The notes under the pieces are model-generated. The model saw nothing but the letters and a program-made list of their open reading frames with translations, made no database searches and was not told the origin of the DNA. Position numbers and translations under genes: made by a program. DNA of 64,000 nucleotides from Eledone cirrhosa (lineage: Eukaryota): NCBI GenBank assembly GCA_964016885.1, contig OZ024743.1, forward strand, positions 20,832,001 to 20,896,000, written 5' to 3'. Shown piece after piece: positions 12,071 through 27,220 of this stretch (position 1 is the first letter of the stretch; the number at the start of each line of letters is the position of its first letter).

Positions 12071-13629
12071 TTATAACATGCTGCCTGTTGTTCCCGCAGC
12101 CATAATTAATCTTCAATCATTCAAGTGAATGGATTAAATAATAGTTGCAGCATACCCTGTCAGTATCTCAAATACAGAACCTCTCTCCTAACACAGCTGC
12201 CACAGCTGTAGTTGTTGAAGAATATAAGGGTAGTTATCTGTCATATATCTAAGTAATCCAATCCATGTGCAAATATGAATGAGTGTTATAATTTGTACTC
12301 AAGCTGCAATATTATATATTATCATTTTATTATTTCATTATTTAAAAAAAATTATCATATATATTCATATAAAAGTCAAATTTTTCAGACTATATGTTTT
12401 AGCTTAAATTTATGGGGGTCAACTATTACATGGATAATACTTTGGGGGTCGGGGTGGCTGAAATTGATATTATAATCCAGAATACTGTATCAATAAGTAG
12501 AAACTCAAATGGACTCTAAATGAATAAAAAAGCTCTATATTCCACAAAAACTAGACAGGAACTGAACTTAGCTATGCTGCAAAGTAATGTTCTGACCTGA
12601 CTTTGACATTTTAGAAAATGTTCATGCTGAATTCTTTCATTTTTCTTTTTCTTTCGTCTGTTTTTTTATGCTTAAACCAACATTTTAAACTACTGGTATT
12701 TTTCTGATTTTTCTATTAAAATATTATTGGATATTTGACTTCCATACTGTGTATTCCACAAAAACAAAATACATCTGCAGCTTCATGTCAAATTAAATCC
12801 AACATGAAGGTAGAGTTAAAATTCTGTGATGTTGTGAATTCAGAACAAAACATTAACGTAAAAGGAAATAGATCAGTAATATTTTATTTTTAAAATTTTG
12901 ACAGCATGAAACTGATAATAATATATAGCAAATGCATATCAGTCTAGCTGTGCTGCTATGAAGAGCTGTGTTTATATCTGCAAACCATAGGCAGACTTTT
13001 ATTAGCATTTTAAGTTACTGAAATATATGTAATTACTGTAAGTACCCATTCAGAGATTTGGTAATTATAGTAAACTACTAGTAAACATGTATCAGCATAG
13101 CTTATATAAGAAATGGCAGTATGATATACTGACCAAATAATGATATAATCTTAATAGATTTTGGCATAGCTATATTGCTACCCATACCTGGCAAGTAGAC
13201 AAAGCAGAAATGGAATATTTCCTAAGAAATACACATCAACACTTGATTCAGGAGCAATGGTTTATCTTGATAATGCATGTCAGCTTTAAGTATAACTACC
13301 AGTATTTATAATAGCTATGTGGCCTTATTTATTCGTCATTGTAATGTATATAATTATGATAATACGTTGATTCATAAATCTGATATTAGTGAAGAACTAG
13401 GATGGGCCTTTATAAAAGGTACATAGAAAAATTCAACTTTTTTAGTAAACTGTAGGAAAGGGTTAACTTTTTAATGAAATTGACACTTTTACAGGATTAT
13501 ATACATTAAATAATGAAGGAGGGTAAAGCTGTATTTTATTTTATTGACCCCAGAATTATGAAAAAAAAAGCAAAATTACTCTCAATCATATTTGAACTCA
13601 GAATGTAAAGAGCCATACTAATTACATAA

Positions 13630-13821
13630 TAACTGTTTCTACTTTTGGCACAAGGCCAGCAGTTACCCAGTACATTACTGTAACTTTATTTTATCGACCC
13701 CGTAAAGATGAAAGGCAAAGTTAACCTCGGCGGGATTTGAACTCAGAATGGCAAGGGCCGTAACTCTATACGTCAAAGCATGGCATCCAACCCTCTACCG
13801 ATACTGCCAATCCACCGCCCT
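13630..13821 (-). mobile_element. Full-length Nin-domain SINE
   Basis: A box tggcagtatcgg, B box gagttcaaatccc, Nin-type core; tacataata on both sides as a probable TSD. Confidence 0.85.
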
Positions 13822-16250
13822 TATACATAATACAGCCCTAAATACATAATAAAAATAGTAGATATGATAAGTGTAGTAACAAGAGCATTAACAATGATTA
13901 TTTCTAATATTAATATGTGACTACAGATTGTGGTGGAAGAAATATCATCAAATTAACAAACCTAATATTGTATCTATACTCCATAAGTCAAAATAGCAAA
14001 GTTAATCTCTGCAAAATTTGAACTGAGAACCTCATGTATGTAACTTTATTACATAAAGTATGTAACAAGGCATTTTGTCTCATGCTCTACATCTTTTTCC
14101 ATCACACCAGCTCATTTTCAACATAGTAATATAATGATAATTCTTAACTCAGGCACCATACCACAAATTTAGAGGAAGGGAGGGAAGGAACAATTAATTT
14201 TATCAACTCAGTATTTAACTGGTCCTTATTATATTAACCCCTGAAGTATGAAAGGTTAAGTCACCCACAACAAGATTTCAACATAAAATTATGTAAATAC
14301 TGCAATTTATTGAGTATTTGCACACACAAATATTTACCACTTTTTGAACATGTGTGTGTAAGATGACTATGAATAATGAAGCTACATTAGACAAGATTTA
14401 CAGTTATCATGTACACCATATTGTTTCACTAAGGTTTACTTCTTCGATAATTAGTTGCTCTGAACCAGTGTCTCTACATTAAAACATGTTGCTTATGTGC
14501 TTATGTGATTTTACTTAAATTGACAATTACACAAAACCTGGAAAACCTACACATAGTCACAAGTCCAAATATGCATTTGAGAGTGAAAGAAGAAAATTCA
14601 GGGAGGGCAGTTTAAATTTTCTCAATGCAATCTTAAATATCTTGGACTTTTTAAGCTACTTCTTTGTTTTCAATTTAAAGATTACTGTTCTTCTACCAAC
14701 AATCTTATGTTTCTTGATGATAGATGTTATCTTCACTTTGTTGATGTATTATCATACGTCTGTAATTTTCTTTCCTCCCTTTTTTTTCCTCCATTTTCTC
14801 CCTTTCTATTTCCGATGTATTGAGAGACCCCACTGTTTAATTCATTTTGTTTATTCTTTAAAAAACATCAGTGGTTAACTGATTCTCACGAATTACCAGT
14901 TCTGTTCACAAAGATACTCCATTATCTGTAATTTTTTCTTCTTTCTTCTTTCTCTAGAAACAGATTGTGCATGAAGAGAAGCTATTTCAGTTGCTCTGTC
15001 ATTCTCTATCCAACTCTTTGTTATATTCCCACATTCTAGTTTCTTTTATTTTATTTTTAAAATACCTAATATGCTTAGTATATTTTCATCTTTGCTCTAA
15101 AATTTGTCTTTTCTCCTTCTTGTCTTCAACTTTTGACTTATTCTCACCAGCTACCTGGTATGTTGGCTCTTCTGTTATTTCAAAATGGCTTTATCTTTCT
15201 ATTATGAAGTTTACTCTTCATATTGTTGTACCATACACTAGTTCTTTCTATGGCCCTCTTCACATCAAGAACTATTTGTTTGATAAGAATCAATATACTG
15301 ATCTTTTCAACTATCTTCCTCTATATATCAAAGTATGAAATTGACTTTTTATCAATTCTTTTAATCCTTATGTAGTTCACTCATTGAAGAATATCATATT
15401 ACAGTACACTTTTTTGCTACATTACATTTCATAAAAAAGCAACCAAAATTTCCAGTTTACATTTTTTCAGATTTTTGCAAAACGTTTTTCTCTTTCTGCC
15501 ATATTTTTATATATTTAGCAATATTAGTAAAGCATCACACAAAATGCATTATGGTACTTAGTTATGGCTTTCTAGTTCAAACCATACGAAGCTCAATTTT
15601 ACATGTCATTCTTCTGGTTTCAATAAAATAAAGACCCAGTTAAATACTAGGGTCAATATAATTGACTGTCATCTTCCCCAAAATTGCTGGGCTTGTGCCA
15701 TTATTATTCTCCCAATAGTAATGTATTAGTATGCTGGCCTTGTGATATTTATTTTGGTTCTTTATGTTCTGAATTCAAATCTCTCTGAGGTCAACTTTGC
15801 CTTTCATTTTTTCAGTCTTGATAAAATAAAATACCAAGAGTGTGGTATTTAGTTATGTCCCTTCACATTTTGTCTTCAAATGCCACAACAGTCAATTTTA
15901 TTTTTAATTGTTTGTGAGTCAACGAAATATACATGAATCTAGTATTTAGATTGATTAAATTCATGAGACTATTCCTAACATATTTCAAGCCTTGTGCCAA
16001 AATTAGAAAACATTATTACCATTATTGTTGTTAACTATTTTAGAAAGTCTAAAAGAATGTTCTAATATGTATGCATAGACTTAGGGGCACTCTGATGGCT
16101 CTATAAACCTGTGTTTAATTCCTTGTATGCATAATTGTGAACTTAATAATAGTATGAACTCTTTTTGCCAGAAATAAGTACTTCTAATGGTAATGTTCCA
16201 ATTTATTAACATTTAATAGCACAAACACTAAAAGTGATTGATTGGGTTAA

Positions 16251-16498
16251 CACTTTAAACCTTTTAATATCAATCTGCCTAAAACTTCCCCTGTCTCTAT
16301 CACATAAAGTTGCTCCTTTTAAAATGCTCATATTTAAACAAAAACTGTCTGTCAGTTTTTGTTATCTCAGAATATTTTGTTGGTTAGTTCTAAACACCAG
16401 CTTAATTAAATTTACTGAATTCATCCAATTTTTTTTTCTTTTTTAAAATTAATTTTAAAGCATAGGCAATATGCACCAGAGATATGGTAATGAAAGTG
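16251..16498. mobile_element. Putative piggyBac-type MITE
   Basis: TTAA-CACTTT ... AAAGTG-TTAA; interior resembles 23020-23251. Confidence 0.5.
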
Positions 16499-17649
16499 TT
16501 AAAACAACCTGCTGATACTGATTAACAACATTTAAACAAAAACATAAGATGCTTTACACACAATATGCTGATCAATACCTAGCATTGTTTTATGTCCTCC
16601 TCCAACAACATATCTGATACTGCAAAAATTGTATTAAAAATACTGTTCTCATGTCCTGCTCAGCATGTCTACTGCAGTCACTTTCTTCTGTTATCGTAAT
16701 CAGTATTAATAAGGCTAACATATTTTGGATTTCATAGACTATACTTTAGTTACACTATAATAGATTGTCCAGAAATAATTGTTCCTCCCATCATTCAGTG
16801 TTTAGTAGGAGTTTTTGTTCACTTCTATTGTGGGATATAATTTATTTTATGTTAGAAAAAAATTATCAAATAAGTCCACATGCAATAGAAAGGAATATCA
16901 TCATCATTCTCAACATCATCATGGTCATACATTAATTTTCTTTCCTGGATGTGTCAATAGGGCCCAGGCTTTTATCCAGAGTTACTGCTCACCTTGATGC
17001 ACAGAGGACTACATTTCACTTGTATGTTCCATTTTTTGTCATTGTTTCTGCAACTGGAAACTCTTCCCAACACCAACCACTTAACAGAGAGTACTGTAGA
17101 TTGAGATTCCACCTAGAATAAAATCATTTTCACTATAATTGAAGTGATTATTAATTAAAACATATTTTAAATGTTTATTACAGCAAAATCTATTTTTGTA
17201 ATTTTTATTTTGGGAAAAGTGACCACATATCAATATGAATTATTTTACTGACATAAATTACTTATTTATCAAAGTTGCTTCAAACTTTGTGAGTAAGAAA
17301 CTGGGAACCTATTATTATATTCTTCATGTGAAAAATTATCAGTCTGCCTATATAATTTCTAGTAAAATTCATTTTATTTTGTTTGATTTTTACATTAATG
17401 AAGTCTGTTACATATTGATATTAAAAATATTTAATATTTTTTCATCTTTCTCATTAAAGTAGTAACATTAATTCAACATGTGTTTCACATATGAAAGTTA
17501 TATGAATCATGTTAAATACAAATTGTAAAATCTAAGTTTTTGAAACAATTTCCTCATATAGCTATTGTTGGTTTTTGATAGACTTATACTTATTTTAAAC
17601 CATAAAGTTTAACCAGCACATTTGAATTTGGTTTTTTAAATTTCCCCAG

Positions 17650-17830
17650 ATATGTATATGAAAAATTATTTTTGGCTATGAATTGGCTGCAAATTGGGGC
17701 TATTGCTGAAGTTGGCAAGGAATTTACTGAGTACCACCGTCTTCTAAAAAATCATCTTCATTCTCGAGGCGTGTATATGATTGCACGAAATAAAATGATG
17801 AATAACAGAGATCCTCTTGATTTGTCAAAG
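17650..17830 (+). CDS. Next internal exon of the same VFT-domain (VKR-like) receptor gene
   Basis: tttccccag|...|gtaagt; 181 nt, phase 2 to 0, joins the previous exon in frame: (R)YVYEKLFLAMNWLQIGAIAEVGKEFTEYHRLLKNHLHSRGVYMIARNKMMNNRDPLDLSK. Confidence 0.88.
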
Positions 17831-18660
17831 GTAAGTTTCTTTACTTCATAAACTCATGTTTTGCATTCTTTCAAAGTAACTTTTCTGCTTTGCCTCATTA
17901 TTACTGTTGCTTTATTTTTTGACTTTATGTTATTTAAGGCAATCCCCAATGAAAAATTTAGATTGATTATGTGAATACAGCAACAATAAAAAAAATTACT
18001 ACCAAAAACTAAGAATAAAATATTTTTTAGTTTTATTTAACACAGTATCTTGACTTTCGACTGCCTTTGATAGACAGCAGGGAGAAAAAAAATCAATGAA
18101 ATAATTTATTCTAAACATTTATCATAATGTGTTGGTAAAAAGAAATGAACATTTTGTTCAAAGTTACGACAAAAAAGTAAAGAAAATTTGCAGAAAGAAA
18201 TCTGGAAAGTGCTAGATAGTAAACTTGTATTGGTAAACCAGACAGATTACAATGGAGATTTGTTAATCAGGACTAGAAAAAGGATGATACATCTATATTT
18301 TTTTAATCAATTCTGAAGTTCTTTTTAAAAAGACGTTTCTCTTTCAAGTGTAAATCATTATTCTGATTTGGTGATAAATATTTATAACTACAGCATAGTT
18401 ATAAAGCAGATTTCATATCTAATTTTTTTTTATTGTTATTGATCTGTAAGTTGTAAGTTTTCAATCTGACAAATTGAGATCCATTGAAGAAATCTTAGAA
18501 AAAATAAAGGAAAATTTTGCAGATTGTGTGATGAACCAAATTAAAATATCCTCAAAATGTTTCAAGTTTCTTGAAATAGAATAAAATATGCAGATGATGA
18601 TGATATGTGTATATATAACACAGTATCTTGACTTTCGATTGCCTTTGTGAACACACACAT

Positions 18661-18712
<52 letters not shown>

Positions 18713-19914
18713 TATCAATAGTGAAAATATAGTGGTAATCAGCTCAACTATTTTTTTTTTATATTATCATTTATATAGCTTAGATGAAGGAAATTTATGT
18801 CTAGGTGTCTCTTTTGATGCTAACCATACAACCATAAAGCAAGAATTGCATCAAACTTTTATTAGAAAAGACTAAAACAAATTATATAATATACTATATT
18901 TTCTGAACTTTGAGTCTCATTGTTTTCTTAATGCTGACTTTAACTTTAGATTGATTTCTTTATTGCAGTTACATAAGTTTATTTCTTGATTTGATTACAA
19001 GCATTTCTTGATCAGTTCTTTATCTGATTATGAACCACTGCTTATAAACATTTATTTAAATGACTCACGATATCCAATCTCTTTATATGTTTATTCTTCT
19101 ACAGAAAAAAGTCTTGCAAACAACTTAATATTGCATGCATATGCCAAAACATGAAATATTCAACTACATTTCATTGTTCTTATCTGCTGCATTACTAATT
19201 ATATTAAGGTTTACACCTGTTTCTTCAGGAAATATAGCAAATGTAATTCCCTATTTTCTCTGACTTAAAAAACCTTACAAACAAGATTATAAAAGAATAT
19301 TAATAACATTTTCCTGTTTATTTTTCCAATGTATAAGATTAGGATTATGTTGATAATATTTTTAACGTTTTATCTAATTCGTAGTCGTAGAAATGATATT
19401 GTGTATGGCATTATTATTCTATCTTGCTGAGGCCAGCCTTACTCCCTCCACCATCCTTACGAATATATAGTACCAGCAATGCACTGGTGTAAACCTGACT
19501 CACTTTCCATTCAAATTGTTGGCATTGTGCCAAATGTAGAAATAATTATATTTGTATAAAATATCCAGTAGAAATGAAAACTGCACAATATACATGGTAG
19601 TAAAGAAACAAAAAAAGAGAAAGGAAAATAAGAGAAAGTGTAAGAAAAAAGGAATTAAGCAACAAAATAAAAGGAGAAGGGGAGGGAATGCACCACACGA
19701 ATAAAAGGGCAAAAGTAATCCCATGGAAAATAACCAGTGACGCCCACTACATCAGCCACTCCACCTCATATGACTCCTTCTTCAGGTGGGCTGATGTCGT
19801 TCTGATTTTACTAAGGAAATTAGCAGTGCGGTGACCAAGAACAACTGAGGTCTCAACATTGACCAGTAGAAAAATGAAGGAGTTGATCAAGCCCCATTAT
19901 TTATATTCCTCTCA

Positions 19915-20103
19915 GAGGATTGGCAGTACCAGTAGAGGGTCGGACGCCATGCTTTGACGCATAGAGTTACGGTCCTTGCCATTCTGAGTTCAAATCCCGC
20001 CGAGGTTAACTTTGCCTTTCATCCTTTCGGGGTCGATAAAATAAAGTACCAGTAATACACTGGGTTAATTGCTGGCCTTGTGCCAAAAGTAGAAACAATT
20101 ATT
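19915..20103 (+). mobile_element. Nin-domain SINE with target-site duplication
   Basis: Family consensus; ttatattcctctc flanks both ends. Confidence 0.88.
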
Positions 20104-20884
20104 TATATTCCTCTCCTCTGCACTGCAGTTGGAAGGGTCCTCATTGATGTGGATGGTACCAAATTGAACCACATGCCATATTTGATGTTGTCTCAGTTAT
20201 GTTGCACATCTATATACTAGGGGACAGCAAGGCATTCATTGGTCCAATCAGCCAGAGCTGATTCCATTTTCTGGGACACGTCAGATACTGCCATCTTGCT
20301 GTGGACATTAATGAGAATGCCGCTGGAGGAGATTAAGGAGAGTGGATGTCAGAAGAGGATCGGAGGCTGAGGACACCAAAAAGCAACTGCCAATGTTATT
20401 TAAACTAACATAATTTAGAGATGAAATACCATTGTAAATAAAACATCAGACGACTGGCTCTGATGTTATGTATTCATATCTTGATGCATACATTTAACTG
20501 TCTTTACTCATAACATGCAGATGGTTGATTTGGCAGAGTTGGTAAAGCATTTGATATTTGTTCAGGTCTCTGTGCTCTGGGTTCAAATACTGTTAAGATA
20601 CACTTTGCTTTTCCTCCTTTTGGTATTGTTGAAGAAAGTATCTGCCTCCGTCTGGTGTAGGACTTTCTCTTTCCAGCTGTCACATTCTGGATGTACTACT
20701 GGATCAATGGAAGTTGGGTGAAGAGTGTGTCTGTGTCTGTTCATGACTGAATGTGCACCTAAAACATTTAGTAGTAGACTCATGATATATAATTTTTATA
20801 ATTATTAGTGGTAAGATTTACTTCTTATTTTGTTAATGTTACAGAAACTGATTTAATGAAAGGATTAACACTGCTTTAATGTTC

Positions 20885-21273
20885 GGTGAATTGGCAGTAT
20901 CGGTAGAGGGTTGGACGCCATGCTTTCTAGCATAGTTACGTCCCTTTACAGTCTGAGTTCAAATCCCGCCGAGGTTAACTTTGCCTTTCATCCTTATGGG
21001 GTCGATAAAATAAAGTACCAGTAATGTACTGGGTAATTTGCTGGCCTTGTGCCTAAAGTAGAAACAATTATTTGCTATAGGGCGGTGGATTGGCAGTATC
21101 GCTAGAGAGTCGGACACCATGCTTTGAAGCATAGAGTTACGTCCCTTTATGATCTGAGTTCAAATCCCGCCGAGGTTAACTTTGCCTTTCATCCTTACGG
21201 GGTCGATAAAATAAAGTACCAGTAATGTACTGGGTAATTGCTGGCCTTGTGCCTAAAATAGAAACAATTATTT
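20885..21273 (+). mobile_element. Head-to-tail dimer of Nin-domain SINEs
   Basis: Two ~190 bp units, each ending gaaacaattatttgctata. Confidence 0.88.
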
Positions 21274-23019
21274 GCTATACTGTTTCTGCATTTTTATTGT
21301 TATATCTTTTCTTATGTAACAAATTGATTAAAATTAAGTTGACCTTAAAAAGAATTGTTTCAGTAAATTAAATCAAATATATTTTATTTTATTCATGAGT
21401 AAGAAACAATTGACATTCTATGAAAAACCGAACTCCATCCATGATTTGCTGATATCTTTAACTTCTATCTCTAAATTGACATTTACCATGAATTCTGTGT
21501 GTAGTTTCTATTGTATCGTGACTAACAATAAAAAATGAAAAGATCTAAAAGTAAAATAACCATAAAAAAAGAACAGGCAAATAATTATCAATAGCTTTTT
21601 AAAAAAATATGCATGCATAGCTTGTGTTCTAGATAAACCTAAAATAATGACTTTAAAGAACAAAATCAAAAAAAGTTCAAGTTGCAGAAATCTAATAGTG
21701 AATTCTGATAATTACAATATGAGAAAACTACTATAATCCAAGATTTAAAGAAAATTAAATAACTCTGAGGAAAATTCCAATATTCAGACAAACTGGATGA
21801 AAAATAATTATCTGAAATATAATGTAAGGCATTTCTGTCTCTTGTTCATAAAAATTTAGCTCTTGAAATTATATCTAATATTGCTTTGGGTATTGTAAGG
21901 TAATATTCTTACCTGCTTCTTTAATTTTGTTTAAATAACAAAGTTATATCAGAATTGAAATTTTAATATAATAAAATCGAATTACTGATAGATTATATTA
22001 ACATTTTTTTATAGTTTTTTTTTTTTGTTTGTTTGTTTAAAACAAGAAATTGTTCTTATTTGAATTATTTTTCAAGGCCATTTCTTTTTGCAAGTATAAC
22101 ATAAATGCTTAGGGATTATCAAAGCTTTGATAACACTAATCATATAAGAATAATGAAGAACTAAAATCATATCAATTCTAGATTTCGAGTCTTAAGAATA
22201 TTTTTTTGGAATTGCCAGCTACATGAGATTCTTTAAAGTTCTGGAATATCTAAAACTGAATAAAATGTTGTTCAGTTTATTCAACTACAATAGACAAAAA
22301 GCAATGAAGTGTGGATAACAGGAAAAACCAGAAGTTCACAGAAATACCACGATATGTAAATACAATACCTAAAGTCATCAGTGTTGGAATAATTCAACAG
22401 TTGCCAACATTTAAACATGACCATTCTGTCATGAAACACCTGAGTAGTGGAATTTGTCCAACTATAAAAATTTATTATAAATACTAGTGGTATCTCTGGA
22501 AATTCTTACTATTTATTAAAATAAATACTGGAAATTCTTTGAGAAAAATGACATATATATTTCCACAATAAAATCAATATTAAACCTAGGGATACATCAT
22601 CAGCAGAATTACATTCACTTTTTCATGCTGACATTCCTGACACCAACCATTTTAACCCTTTTAGTTGCTTTTTAAATCAGGCTAGTATATGGTGTACTAA
22701 AAACTGGGGTACACATGAATGCTTTATATTAACATATTGCATTTAACATTCTGAGTTCAAATTTCACTGAGTTCAATTTTGCCTTTCACCATTCCGGGGT
22801 CGATAAAGTAGAATGTCTGTCAAATACTACACACACTCTCAACAATTACTGGCTTTGTTTCTAAAGTAGAAATCATTGCAGTAACATATTGTAGTTCACA
22901 TTTTTTAATTCAAATGTTAGCTAATTTTTCAGTTATTGGTATTTGATAGAACAAATGTACAATGAAAATAAAATTTAATTGATAGTTTATTTTAACTAAT
23001 TTTAACCAGTTTCTATTAA

Positions 23020-23251
23020 CCCTTTTAACATCAAACAACTCTTCTTTTATGATACACAACTGCTCATTATAAAATGTTCATACTTATATTAAAACCTTCC
23101 ATCATAATTTCATTTAATAAATTTTGAAATAATGTTTCAAACATCAGTTTAGTTATGAAAACATTAGTTATCTCATTAAATTCTTCAAAATTTCAAAATT
23201 AATCGATACATATAGGCTGTGTATTTCATTAGAAATACAGTAACAAAAGGG
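23020..23251. mobile_element. piggyBac-type MITE
   Basis: TTAA-CCCTTTT ... AAAAGGG-TTAA, 232 bp, non-coding. Confidence 0.6.
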
Positions 23252-24482
23252 TTAATGCTAAAAATGTTATGCCTTTAGCAAATTAAATTCTCATATTTGA
23301 AGTTTTCTCTTAATGTAGCATATCACATTTGAAACCATTGATGTATTACATAGATTTATGTGTTAATTTTAAATTCTATTCAACAACATTAACACTTCTT
23401 TATGAATAATGGAAAGTATATAAAAACTATGTTTGTAATCATGGTGTAGTGATGACACCAATAACCAACAGAACCACTATAATAACAAACAAGCATCTCT
23501 CTATCTCCATATTTTAGTCTGTCTCTCGCTTTCTGATCCCCTCTCACTCTCTTTCCCCCTCATTCTCTCTCCCCATGCCTCTCTTTCTCCTCCCTTCCCA
23601 CTGTCTCTTCCATTCACTATCTCTCTCCATTTACTATTATCGTTGCCACCACTCATTTAATACTTGGTTTGATAATTAACACTTAATTTCACTTCCTGAC
23701 ACTTGGATTCTTTAGAACAGCTCATTATTCTGTTAGAAGCCAGGCCAATGCCCCCAGTCTGAAGGTAGCAAAATTTCTCAACATACTATTTCCAAACAGA
23801 GGATTCTAGTTGAAAAGGTTTTCCTAGATACACCACCACTCTAATAGTACAGGGGCATGTATATAATTACAAATTCTGAGGTACTCAGAGATTATTGGCA
23901 AGGAAGTACCAGTGAACTTTGATGTTTTATTTTTCTCCACCACCAATCATCTTTCTCACAAACACATCCAATTTGCAAAAGAAAAAAAACTACAACAAAG
24001 ATATCCATTGGATAATTTTATTTGTTTCATCATAAATACCTGTAAATATGTCTGTCAAAGCCACCACCTCAAACCACACATCTTATTCCACTTTGTTATA
24101 AAATTTGTTCATCCTTTACATATAACCCATCATTGCTGTCCAAAGTTTGATTAAAAACTAATATATACACACAAGTAAAGTCAATCTCCTTACTGTTACC
24201 TCTCTCAGAGATCATCATCATCACTGTTTAATGTCCATTTTCCATGCTTGGATTGGTTAGGCAGTTTATCATGTATTGAGGCTAGATTAGTCGGGTGGCC
24301 ATATCTTGCTTCTAAATACTTCCCAAAATGCAGGATATTTATAACTGGAATGCCTTTGTATACAGGTCTGATGTTTGAGGATGAACTGAGTTATACATTC
24401 TCCAAATAGTCCAACCCAATAAGGTGACTGATTCTGATAATATTTTCTATTTCCCCCATTACTTTCAAAAATAGCTCTTTTT

Positions 24483-24690
<208 letters not shown>

Positions 24691-25890
24691 AATATAGAAA
24701 GGAAAAACACAGGAGAGTGTGTTTTCATTTACAGGATTTTAATCACCAGTGTGAATAGAATAAAAGCTAAGAGAGGTGTAGGAGTAACATAATAATTAAA
24801 ATGAAAAACCTACCTCATAACTGAATCGCATATATATATATATAGACACACATATATAGGGCATTCAAAACCTGTTGGTTAGGCATTACAGGACACATGT
24901 ACAAGCTCTGATTATGGAGAACAACTGTCCTTACAAAGAATACCTATAAAACTTGCAGTTTTTCTAAGGCATGCTATTAATACCATATATTAAAGCACAC
25001 ATATATATTTAATATATATTCCAATCTATGGATACACACACCATTCCATTCTGAATAATAGTTAACTCACACATCCAATATCCCAAAACTAATGGAAGCA
25101 GTCTCGCCACTATATTATGTTTGCTTTTTTCATCTCATTGATCAGAAATATAGTTTCTGGAAAAGCATAACTATGAGAACCTGCTCTTCTATACTACACC
25201 AATGTTCTCTTACCCTTGAAATTTTCACAGAAATCAGTTCTACTGTCTTCTCCATCAGCGATATATTTCACCATATCTTATACAGAAATGTTGGTATGTT
25301 GCCTACCTATGATCTTAATTCCCCTCTCTCTTGGATTGATATTTTCCTAACTGACTGTTCTATTACAGTGTGCAAATAGAGTGCTCTTCAATGCACATTT
25401 TATCAACTCTACTGTTCCTTGAATTAAGAATTCTCTCCTATGCTCTCTCCCCTGGCATTAATTCCCTGCTCACTGTTACGTTCTATAAAGATGATACTAA
25501 AATTTGCACCTCTTTAACCTGTCATGCATTCATATACAACCTAAACATCTTATGCTACGCTTGACCTACTTTCATCTTCAGAAGTCTTAAAAAATACTTG
25601 CAATTAAGGAAAGAACAGCCGAGTTTCCTTTCACAACTCTAAAGCACAATCATTTCAAACATCAAGCAAACAATCTTACATTACTCTCAATGCATTCATA
25701 AACTACACACCCATAAATAATCCTAATTATTGTAAATCCTAGGCCACACAGTATTTGATGATTTTACATTGTGACTTATGTATATAACATTGCTAAAAGT
25801 GCTTCTCAAAGCCTCCTCTTCAAAATTATAAATCATTTCACCCCTAATCAGTTGTTGACTCTTTTGGAGAAGATTCACTCACTCAATATA

Positions 25891-26082
25891 AATAATTGTT
25901 TCTACTCTAGGCACAAGGCCAGAAAATACCCAGTGCATTACTGGTACTTTATTTTATCGACCCCATAAGGATGAAAGGCAAAGTCAACCTCGGCGGGATT
26001 TGAACTCAGACCATAAAGGGACGTAACTATGCTGGAAAGCATGGCGTCCGACCCTCTACCTATACTGCCAATCCACCACCCT
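25891..26082 (-). mobile_element. Full-length Nin-domain SINE with TSD
   Basis: ctcaatataaataa on both flanks. Confidence 0.88.
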
Positions 26083-26942
26083 CAATATAAATAATAACCA
26101 ACAAACATGCAGTTTAAATTCTAACACAGTACCACCTCCGCCCCAACATACCTAATGCAACTACCATTCTTCCTCTCATCATCCCTACTGAATCTTACCC
26201 ATTAAAACTGCACTAAACACTTTCGCCAATGAAAGGGCCTCTATACTGCTCAACCTGTAGTATTACTAGAAAAATGTCTCTAAAACCATGCTCTGCAGTT
26301 ATAAACATATGAAGGACACATTGGATAATGTAGTCTGGCAAAATGATTGGATAGTTTGGCTGGAATGCTTATATCATAGCTCTCCCTACACAGAGCCGGC
26401 CAGGAACTAAACAGCAACCTGAATTCATCTTTTCCTTACTGTATCTCACCTGCAAACTCACCACCAAACACTTTGAGAAAGCATTCTTTCCATTCAGAAC
26501 TGTAGACCTCTAGAATTTTATTTCAGTTGTTAACTGCAAGCTTCAAACTAACTGAACCTCAAACTGATGATACTAATCTGTAAGGAACTGCAACTCATTT
26601 TTCTTATTTTTTTTTTACTACATAATGATTTCTGATTTAGCCACAGGGCCAGCAATTTATAGGAAGGAGAAAGTCGACTATATAAACTCCAGTTTTTGAC
26701 TGGTACTATTTTTTATGGAACCTGGAAGGGTGAAAAGCAAAGTTTGCCACAGCAGGATTTTAAATCAAAATGTAAAAAGCTGGAACAAATGTCACAATGC
26801 ATTCTGCCATTCCACCATCCTTTTCTTGCTTAATAATACATATATTTACATATACATATATGTATGTTTTATACTAAAATTTTCAGACTTGCTAGGGTAA
26901 TATTGGGTTTGGGGTTGAAGGTGTATTGCTAATATTGCTATT

Positions 26943-27220
26943 TCTACTGTTAACTATTCAAGTACAGCTGTGGCAAGGTTACTGTTCCTTCTTTTAACTA
27001 TTCAAGTACAGCTGTAGTGATGTTGCTCTTCCTTCTTTTAACTATTCAAGTACAGCTGTAGTGATGTTGCTCTTCCTACTGTTATCTATTCAAGTACAGC
27101 TGTAGTGATGTTGCTCTTCCTACTGTTATCTATTCAAGTACAGCTGTAGTGATGTTGCTCTTCCTACTGTTATCTATTCAAATACAACTGTGGCAAGGTT
27201 ATTCTCCCTTCTGCTAACCA
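26943..27220. repeat. Minisatellite, ~44 bp unit, about 6 copies
   Basis: Unit ~ctactgttatctattcaagtacagctgtagtgatgttgctcttc. Confidence 0.9.

Noticed and set aside
26943-27220. CRISPR-like array
   Set aside because: The units are contiguous with no unique spacers, there are no cas genes and the context is eukaryotic
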